This document shows positions 28,295 to 35,338 of a stretch of 64,000 nt of DNA, piece by piece. Where the stretch lies: contig JAVZCZ010000001.1 in the NCBI GenBank assembly GCA_038874135.1, positions 751,219 through 815,218 on the forward strand, written 5' to 3'. Positions within the stretch are counted from its first letter, which is position 1; every line of letters begins with the position of its first letter. Origin of the DNA: Candidatus Woesearchaeota archaeon. Its GTDB lineage: Archaea > Nanobdellota > Nanobdellia > Woesearchaeales > 0-14-0-80-44-23. The position numbers and the translations under genes are program-made. Under the pieces are notes generated by a model. That model was not told the DNA's origin. It searched no databases and saw only the letters and a list, made by a program, of their open reading frames with translations.

Positions 28295-28498
28295 ATGGAA
28301 CGCATCCCAGCACTAAATCCCAGATACACAAAAGTGGTCTGGCAGGAAACCCCTCAATCTGTAAGGGTTATACAGGGTATCTATTCTGAAGATGGAGACT
28401 TCATAAGAGTTAAAGGCGACTATAAAGAGGTTCTAATCAGAAAGGATAAGGTGATCTCCATAGAGCACAAGCAGGCTGCGCGGGGTGATATAAAATGA
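28295..28498 (+). CDS. Small (67 aa) cytoplasmic protein, unknown function.
   Basis: The ORF lies between two secreted paralogs, and its stop overlaps the next start (ATGA). No recognisable motif. Confidence 0.45.
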   Translation: MERIPALNPRYTKVVWQETPQSVRVIQGIYSEDGDFIRVKGDYKEVLIRKDKVISIEHKQAARGDIK

Positions 28499-29187
28499 AA
28501 AAAGTATTCATACTAATCTTGCTGGCAGCATTTCTCGCATTCTCAGTCCGCGCAGTTCCGACTGGCCCTGTTATAATGAGCAACAGTACAGACTACGGTC
28601 CATCTAATGCTGGCACACTGGTCAGCACTGCTGGAGGAACGATTACAACATATCTATTAAATGCTACTCAGCAGAACCTTAGATGGAAGGCATATGTCGG
28701 AAATGTGACTGGAAGGTATGTGCTTCAGGACTCTGCCAACTACTCCATCTACGACTGGAGCTTCACAATAAACTCGGGAGAGGTATATGCCACGAGAGCG
28801 TCCTCAGTCAACTGGGCAAATGTGAACTGCGCAAGCCCCGCACAGATAAGTTCAGAAGAATCAGCACTGAATCAGAACTCAGCCAATCCCGATACCATCT
28901 CAAAGACATTCAACACAAAATTTCACAACGCCTTTTCAGTAGGAACTGTCCCAATAAGTGCCAACTCTTGCAACTCCACAGCAACTAATGTTAACGGAGC
29001 CCCTCAAAGCACCTACTTTCAAGAAGTGCTCTTACATGATCAAGCGAGCGCTTTCATATACGCAACTCTTTTGAGCATTGGACAGACTGGTTATAATAAT
29101 CAGCATTTTGATTTTCAAATGATAGTGCCTGAAGACGAGATTACTCCGGGAAACACTCAGTACTACCTGTATGTAGAGCTCATATGA
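28495..29187 (+). CDS. Secreted protein, family A paralog 2.
   Basis: The signal peptide is VFILILLAAFLAFSVRA. It is homologous to 27454..28224 over its full length. Confidence 0.7.
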   Translation: MKKVFILILLAAFLAFSVRAVPTGPVIMSNSTDYGPSNAGTLVSTAGGTITTYLLNATQQNLRWKAYVGNVTGRYVLQDSANYSIYDWSFTINSGEVYATRASSVNWANVNCASPAQISSEESALNQNSANPDTISKTFNTKFHNAFSVGTVPISANSCNSTATNVNGAPQSTYFQEVLLHDQASAFIYATLLSIGQTGYNNQHFDFQMIVPEDEITPGNTQYYLYVELI

Positions 29188-29194
29188 GCCAGAG

Positions 29195-30112
29195 GTGATT
29201 AAATTGAAAATCAAGCAAGCCATTCAAGCATTGGCAGTGGGACTTCCTCTGGCATTCCTGCTCTACTTTTGGACTGCCTCACTAATATTATTTGCAGGCA
29301 AGGCTGAAGCAGTTTCATCCTGGAATGTTAATGCTACAGTCAATGTAACAAACGCTCCGCCAACAGTTGTGAGCGTGCTTTTAGACGACAATGTAACATC
29401 GCCTGCTGACACAATTGACCTAGTAGCAGGGGGCACTCAGCTAGTTTACTGCAACGCTACCGTGAATGATACTAACGGGTACTTAGACATAACTAGCGCT
29501 AGGGCTGTGCTCTACCACTCTTCCTCAACCCCCAATGCAGCTGATAACAACGAGACGCACTACACTAACAACTCATGCACACTACTCGCCGGCTCAGGCA
29601 TATCCAGACCTGTTTCCTGCGCATTCAATATGCTTTACTACGCAACTAACGGCACTTGGACTTGTAATGTAACTGCTTTTGACTCAGATAATGCCAACGG
29701 CACCGGCATAGATACTGCAAATGTGAGCATACTTGTAGCACTTAACATCTCTACACAGGTTCTAAACTATGGAAACCTTGCTCCACTGCAGGAATCCAGC
29801 CCGGTTACAGAAACAATAACAAACCACGGCAATGTGCAGATTGACCTCGTGCTGAATGGAACAGACATGCCCTGCACTTCAGTAGGAATAATAACTCCAA
29901 ACGCACAGCATTATAATGTTACAGGAACAGGAACGACTTATGCCACAATGACTCCCCTGCAGTACAATCCCGTGACCGAAACCTCATTTAACCTTGCGAA
30001 GAGGACTGACGCTGCTGAGAGCACAAGGGCAACCTACTGGAAAATCATACCTCCAGTAGGAACCAAGGGGATATGCACAGGAAATGTAACAATAGCAGCA
30101 GTAGTGGGATAA
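29195..30112 (+). CDS. Secreted/membrane-anchored protein, family B, paralogous to the C-terminal half of the 752-aa ORF.
   Basis: The track start is GTG 29195. An in-frame TTG at 29204, preceded by GAGGTGAT, is the more likely start. 'APPTVVSVLLDDNVTSPADTIDL..G......C.A.V.D.NG' and 'NGTWTCNVTAFD' match 30160..32418 ('RPPLITSILLDDDILAPSFQIDL', 'NGTWTCNVTIND'). Confidence 0.7.
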   Translation: MIKLKIKQAIQALAVGLPLAFLLYFWTASLILFAGKAEAVSSWNVNATVNVTNAPPTVVSVLLDDNVTSPADTIDLVAGGTQLVYCNATVNDTNGYLDITSARAVLYHSSSTPNAADNNETHYTNNSCTLLAGSGISRPVSCAFNMLYYATNGTWTCNVTAFDSDNANGTGIDTANVSILVALNISTQVLNYGNLAPLQESSPVTETITNHGNVQIDLVLNGTDMPCTSVGIITPNAQHYNVTGTGTTYATMTPLQYNPVTETSFNLAKRTDAAESTRATYWKIIPPVGTKGICTGNVTIAAVVG

Positions 30113-30159
30113 ACTTTTTTTATAAAACTTTTTAAATATATTCTCATTTTAAATGGCTA

Positions 30160-32418
30160 ATGTTGAAATATAATCAGAGGTTTATTTTATATGCATCATT
30201 TCTAATTTTAATAGCAGCACTTTCCAGTATGGCAGCTGCTGCTCCAATAACATTTTCTACACACTTCTTAGCTCCTATAGCAGTCGCTTCTCTGTCTAGA
30301 GACTCATTCGTAATCGCGTATTGTGACAATACCTCCGCCAAGGTCGCCTTTCAAATTTATAGAACTAATGGCACCCAGCTCCTTGCAGAGCGGGATGTGG
30401 ACACAACACTTGGAACAAACCCTTGCGGTTACACTTCAGTTGCAGTTTCAGCTTTTAATTCAACACACTTTGTTATCGGCTGGATAGACAGCGGAAGCTC
30501 TTATGCAAGCTTTCAAGTGTTTGATATAAATGGGAATCCATATTCCAGCAGGGTGGATGTGGATACTACTGCTGGTACTTCCCGTTCTGTGAGTGTGTCT
30601 GCTTTTAATAGTTCTGCTTTTGTTTTTGGTTGGTATGATCAGGCTTCTGCTTATGCTTCTTTTAGGACTTTTAGTTCTTCTGGTGTGGCTATTTCTTCTG
30701 TTGTTAATGTGGATACTACTGCTGGTACTTGTAATGCTGTTTCTGTTTCTGCGGTTAATTCTTCTGCTTTTGTTTTTGGCTGGTATGATCAGGCTTCTTC
30801 TGATATGACTTTTCGTACTTATACTTCTTCTGGCGTTGCGATTTCTGCCGTGACTGATGTGAATACTAAGGTGGGTACTGGTTCTTTTTCTGTTTCTGTT
30901 GCTGCTTATAATTCTAGTGCTTTTGTTATTGTTTGGTATGATCAGAGGCTGGGTTATGTTAGTTTTCGTCAGTATTCTGTTGCTGGTGTTCAGATTGGGA
31001 GTCAGGTTAATCCGGATACTGCTGTTGGGACTACTGCTTCTGGTGTTTTTGTTTCTTCTGTTGGTGTGAATTCTAGTGTTTTTGCTGTGGGTTGGAATGA
31101 TTTGACTACTGATGTTGTTAGTTCTGTGAGGACTTATAGTGGTGCTGGTGCTGCTGTTTCTTCTGAGGTGGTTGTGCAGGCTAATGCTTTGAAGTATAAT
31201 GCTCTGGCTGGCTACTACCCTGCCACGGGCATACGCATGTGTGACAACGCATTCGTAATAGCAATTTCTAATACAAGCACGCAAGCATTCTTCACAGGAT
31301 ATTATGCCAATGGAACCAACTGGAATGGAATATGCACGCCTCCGAATATGAACTCATCTAAAATAACCTCTTCAGAAGATAACTTTTACTACAATGCAAC
31401 CCTGATTGGATGGTGCAATGCAACCCATCCTGACAGCCAAAACATCTCATACTACTACAACTGGTACCTAAACGGGCTATTAAACAAAAGTGGACAAACA
31501 CAGTATAGCACTCCAGGAGTCGCAGTGAATGTGGATAACATAACCTCATCATACCTCTCAATAGGCCAAAACTGGACTTTGGAATGCATTGCCTATGACG
31601 GATTATCCAACTCAACACCTCTCAACTCGACAGCAGTGACAATAGTGGATATAAATAGGCCTCCCCTGATAACCTCAATTCTTTTGGACGATGACATCCT
31701 TGCTCCTTCTTTTCAGATAGATTTATCTGCGGGCTCAACTAAAAGGGTTAATTGTAATGGCACAATTCAGGATCCAGATGGAATCTCAGACATTGTGAGC
31801 ATATCAGCAGTACTTTACGCTTCTGGCAACGGCACTCTTCCTACATTTCCCGAAGACAATAACACATTATACCGAAACTACAGCTGCTCACTATCCCAAA
31901 TAAACCTGACCTCTGGCTCTTTTAACTGCTCATTCGCATTGTGGTATTATGCCCAAAACGGCACCTGGACATGCAATGTTACTATTAATGACACAAAGTC
32001 CCACTACGCTTCAGCAATAATAAATTCAACTGTTAACGAGCTGGTGGCATTTGAAGTTTTCCCACTAACAGTTGACTATGGCAATATGGCTCCTGGAAGC
32101 ACCAGCGCGTCTTCAACAAATCTGCTAATAACCAATATGGGCAATACAAAAATTGACTTAATACTTAATGGCACCAACATGAGCTGCACCTTAGGATTTG
32201 TAGGAGCTTCAAACCAGCATTATAATTTGACAGGGTTTGACCAGGAATATTCTAATATGAGAGCACTTACCGAGCTTCCGTTTACCGCTTCAGATTTTGA
32301 CCTTCAAAAGCGTGTAACCTCGGAAGCTAACAGGACTGCCTATTGGCGCGTTCAAATCCCTACAGGCGTTAAGGGAAGATGTCTAGGTATAATTCAGCTG
32401 ACAGCTCAGAAGGGTTAA
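30160..32418 (+). CDS. Secreted mosaic protein. The N-terminal propeller-like repeats are shared with the 2612-aa giant, and the C-terminal half is a family B domain.
   Basis: The signal is FILYASFLILIAALSSMAAA. Residues flanking the identical cassette are homologous to the giant but diverged. The C-terminal half is homologous to 29195..30112. Confidence 0.8.
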   Translation: MLKYNQRFILYASFLILIAALSSMAAAAPITFSTHFLAPIAVASLSRDSFVIAYCDNTSAKVAFQIYRTNGTQLLAERDVDTTLGTNPCGYTSVAVSAFNSTHFVIGWIDSGSSYASFQVFDINGNPYSSRVDVDTTAGTSRSVSVSAFNSSAFVFGWYDQASAYASFRTFSSSGVAISSVVNVDTTAGTCNAVSVSAVNSSAFVFGWYDQASSDMTFRTYTSSGVAISAVTDVNTKVGTGSFSVSVAAYNSSAFVIVWYDQRLGYVSFRQYSVAGVQIGSQVNPDTAVGTTASGVFVSSVGVNSSVFAVGWNDLTTDVVSSVRTYSGAGAAVSSEVVVQANALKYNALAGYYPATGIRMCDNAFVIAISNTSTQAFFTGYYANGTNWNGICTPPNMNSSKITSSEDNFYYNATLIGWCNATHPDSQNISYYYNWYLNGLLNKSGQTQYSTPGVAVNVDNITSSYLSIGQNWTLECIAYDGLSNSTPLNSTAVTIVDINRPPLITSILLDDDILAPSFQIDLSAGSTKRVNCNGTIQDPDGISDIVSISAVLYASGNGTLPTFPEDNNTLYRNYSCSLSQINLTSGSFNCSFALWYYAQNGTWTCNVTINDTKSHYASAIINSTVNELVAFEVFPLTVDYGNMAPGSTSASSTNLLITNMGNTKIDLILNGTNMSCTLGFVGASNQHYNLTGFDQEYSNMRALTELPFTASDFDLQKRVTSEANRTAYWRVQIPTGVKGRCLGIIQLTAQKG
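30550..31205 (+). repeat. Propeller-blade cassette copy 2, identical to 19969-20624.
   Basis: Evidence is the same as for copy 1, and the codon phase is the same. After 31205 the two loci stay ~85% identical for about 27 nt, then diverge. Confidence 0.95.
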
Positions 32419-32445
32419 GATTTAAATAATCGTGGTGATGAAGAT

Positions 32446-33636
32446 ATGAGTATGAAGATATTAACAAGAGTTTTTGTAATCTCCCTGTTCCTTATTTCAG
32501 CTTCCATTCCCTGCCTTGCAAGTTTAGGAGTAAGCCCAGGAGCTCTGATTTTTCCAAACATGCTGAGAGGCGGTTTTGCACAGCGTCAGATACTCATAAG
32601 CACCCTCTCAGAGCCAATAAATGTTCAGCTAAATGCAGGAGGCGAAATTGACTCTTGGATTGAATTCTCCCGTCAAAACCTCACAGTACTTCCAAACATT
32701 TCAACCGCAGTATCAATAGTTGTAAGGCCACCTGCAGACATTCCTAACGGCAACTATTCCGGGTTTGTCACGGTGTTTAGAACTCCTATGGATAACTCTC
32801 AGAACATAACTGGGATAGGAAATGTTGTAGTTATGAGCGTGAGAGTTCCGATAACTGTTGAGGTTACTGACAGAGAATCTAAGAAGTGTAGGGCGTACTC
32901 ATTTTCAATAGATAGTGTGGAGCAGGGCAGCCAGGCAAAGCTCAGAATGGTTGTGATAAATGATGGCAATGTTAAAATGTCTTCTCCGGTAAGAGTGGAC
33001 ATCTGGGATCAGCAGAGGACATCTATAGTTAAGTTTCAACAGTTTTCAACACCTAATGTTCTGCCAACTTTGGAACAGGCTATAGATTTTTCTCTCTCTG
33101 TTGAGCAGCTTCCAACAGGTCAATACTGGGCAGAGATATCTGTGCCGGAGTGCGACGCTTATTCCATAGTGACTTTTGACATCCTTGAAAAGGGGGCGCT
33201 CTTATCCAAAGGTTCGCTGCTGCAGATAATTAATGAGCCCTGGATCTCAGTAGGACAGACTGCAAAGATAGAAGCCATTTTCAAAAATGAAGGAGCCAGA
33301 AGCGTTCTGGCAAGGTTTAAGGGCACAGTGTCTTATCAAGGGCAGCTCGTGTCAGTTCTAGAATCTGACGAAGTTGAAGTTCCTGCTGGGGCAACAGAAT
33401 CCTTAATTACCTATTTTAAACCTGCACTTCCCGGCTCTTACACTATTGAAGGAAGAGTATATTATGGAAAAAAGGTTACCTTTCCAGCATCTTCAATAAT
33501 AAATGTGAAGGAGAGCCAGAGAATTCACTTAGATCTTATTACTCTGATTTATATAATGATACTGATTGCCAGCCTTGTTCTGCTGTTCCTCATATTTAGA
33601 AGGCATAGGAAGAGGATGCGAAAGAGACTTTTCTGA
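32446..33636 (+). CDS. Secreted Ig/CARDB-like protein with a C-terminal TM anchor and basic tail.
   Basis: The signal is VFVISLFLISASIPCLA. The C-terminal TM is LITLIYIMILIASLVLLFLIF followed by RRHRKRMRKR. 'NVQLNAGGEIDSWIEF..QNLTVLPN....VSIVVRPPADIPNGNYSGFVTV' resembles segments in the extracellular parts of both ATPase proteins. Confidence 0.7.
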   Translation: MSMKILTRVFVISLFLISASIPCLASLGVSPGALIFPNMLRGGFAQRQILISTLSEPINVQLNAGGEIDSWIEFSRQNLTVLPNISTAVSIVVRPPADIPNGNYSGFVTVFRTPMDNSQNITGIGNVVVMSVRVPITVEVTDRESKKCRAYSFSIDSVEQGSQAKLRMVVINDGNVKMSSPVRVDIWDQQRTSIVKFQQFSTPNVLPTLEQAIDFSLSVEQLPTGQYWAEISVPECDAYSIVTFDILEKGALLSKGSLLQIINEPWISVGQTAKIEAIFKNEGARSVLARFKGTVSYQGQLVSVLESDEVEVPAGATESLITYFKPALPGSYTIEGRVYYGKKVTFPASSIINVKESQRIHLDLITLIYIMILIASLVLLFLIFRRHRKRMRKRLF

Positions 33637-33648
33637 TATCTCTAAAAA

Positions 33649-33655
33649 TTTTTTT
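33649..33655 (+). terminator. Oligo-T tract (T7) 13 nt after the stop of 32446..33636, between convergent genes.
   Basis: 'tctaaaaatttttttatatg'. Archaeal termination commonly uses oligo-T. There is no further support. Confidence 0.3.
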
Positions 33656-33679
33656 ATATGGGATAACTTTTAACAATTT

Positions 33680-35338
33680 TTAATATCTCCTTACAAAGTC
33701 TACAAATGTTTCTAAAATCTTTAGCTGGTAAGATGCAAATCCCTGCTTGAACAGCAGTCTGTTCTTTCTGCGCAGGTTGTAAATTATGGCAATTTCCTTC
33801 CTGGGGCTTAGCTCCTTAACTTTGAGTACAATCTCCTCATTTTCAATTGAATTCTCAACCTCAGCAGCAGGCTCCTTTTCAATTTTTATTTCTCCTTCTA
33901 TGCTCCCTCCCAGAGCTCCTGGCTCATGCACCTCAATGTTGTAAACTGGAGCGCTTCCCACATTTCTGATAATTAATTCTACCTTATAAAGTCCGATTTT
34001 TTCTAAAGAAACATTTCTCTTTATCAACAGAGGCTCCTTCCTCCTGGATATGTACTTCATTGTTTCCTTGCCTAAAAGGAAGAGAATTGATATGCTTAGT
34101 AGTATAAGGAATAAAATTTTTAGAGTGGTGCTCTGTAATAACTTGATAATTCTTGATGGTGCCTGCTTCTTAGGCTTCTTAACCGCATCTAAAGTGATGC
34201 TGTAATTTCCATCAGTTCTGTTATTATATTTTATAAGAATATCAGGTGCACCGTTAGAGTTGATGTCTGCGGGAGCAGTGGAATATTTGTTGAATAAGAA
34301 TCCAGGACCGCCGAAGAATCCTATATAAATCATGTCCCCTTTTATTGGAGTTAAGGTTAGGAAGTAGTTTGTGCCTTCATAAGTAAAGAACCAAATTGGT
34401 CCTTTATACATTGTCACATTAAACTCGTCCTGTTCAGCAAAGTTTCCTATATAGATTATTTCTGCTTTTGTGAACAGCCTTCTCTCTTCAGGCGTCAGCT
34501 CTCTTACAGGCGTCTGATTTGTAATGTTTTTCTTCTCTTCCGGCGGCGGTGGTGGCATTCCTCCTCCCCCACCGCTTTTTTCCTCTCCAGGCTTTTCAGG
34601 ACCCTCATTCGTTATATTCGGCATAGTAAAATTTCTTGGTATCACATTTAGCACGAAAATATCGTGAGTTGCGTTGCAGCCGTCAAACGCCACTATGGTT
34701 ATTAAGAAGGTGCCCACGCTTTTAAGCCGAGTAGATATCTCTCCCGTGGTTGAATTTATTTCAAACAGCTCGGTGTTGTCTGAAAATGTTATATTATCTC
34801 CGTCGGGATCTGTTGCCTTTACTATTGTTCTGAAAAAGTCATACTGAAACATTGTGATTGAGCCCAAAGGTTCCAGTACTGGCGGTTGGTTTCCTACACA
34901 ATACCTAAACCTGAACCACTGGCTCCAATCACCATAGCTCTCATTATCAAATCCCCGTACTCTCCAAAAGTAGTCGCCTTTTGAGTAGGTAATGCTCAGG
35001 TTTGAATAGTTCGTCTGCTTATCGCCCTCTGGTATGTCTTCTGTTTCAAATGCTAAGAAAGAGAAGTTGTTATCAAGTCCAACATGTAACTGGTATGTTA
35101 TTTTGTCCAAGTTGTAGTCTATGGAATTGTTCCAAAGGTAGTAAGAGATTTCTGAATCTTCAAATATCAGAGAGTTATTCTCAGGATATACTAAGCGCGG
35201 GGGTGTCGGAGGTGCATTTTCTACATTTACTTCTGAAACAGCCATGCCTGTTTTTTCCAACCTGCTTCTTAGAAAAAGCACTAACCCAACTATTAATATT
35301 GCAATTCCCACAGCGCTTTTTATCCTGTTCAAGTTCAT
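33680..35338 (-). CDS. Membrane protein with FN3-like and cadherin/dystroglycan-like extracellular modules.
   Basis: N-terminal TM is AVGIAILIVGLVLFL. 'NQPPVLEPLGSITMFQYDFFRTIVKATDPDGDNITFSDNTELFEINSTTGEIS' is cadherin-like. There is a Gly/Pro-rich linker and a second TM, LKILFLILLSISILFLLG. The start overlaps the upstream gene's stop by 4 nt. Confidence 0.7.
   Translation of the reverse strand: MNLNRIKSAVGIAILIVGLVLFLRSRLEKTGMAVSEVNVENAPPTPPRLVYPENNSLIFEDSEISYYLWNNSIDYNLDKITYQLHVGLDNNFSFLAFETEDIPEGDKQTNYSNLSITYSKGDYFWRVRGFDNESYGDWSQWFRFRYCVGNQPPVLEPLGSITMFQYDFFRTIVKATDPDGDNITFSDNTELFEINSTTGEISTRLKSVGTFLITIVAFDGCNATHDIFVLNVIPRNFTMPNITNEGPEKPGEEKSGGGGGMPPPPPEEKKNITNQTPVRELTPEERRLFTKAEIIYIGNFAEQDEFNVTMYKGPIWFFTYEGTNYFLTLTPIKGDMIYIGFFGGPGFLFNKYSTAPADINSNGAPDILIKYNNRTDGNYSITLDAVKKPKKQAPSRIIKLLQSTTLKILFLILLSISILFLLGKETMKYISRRKEPLLIKRNVSLEKIGLYKVELIIRNVGSAPVYNIEVHEPGALGGSIEGEIKIEKEPAAEVENSIENEEIVLKVKELSPRKEIAIIYNLRRKNRLLFKQGFASYQLKILETFVDFVRRY

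Noticed and set aside
4021-31205. The repeat pairs could be template/variable repeats (TR/VR) of a diversity-generating retroelement (DGR).
   Set aside because: DGR TR/VR pairs differ specifically at template adenines. These pairs are 100% identical, far longer than typical VRs (656 and 1156 bp), and both copies are coding. No reverse-transcriptase ORF (YxDD) is present in the window. An off-window RT cannot be excluded.
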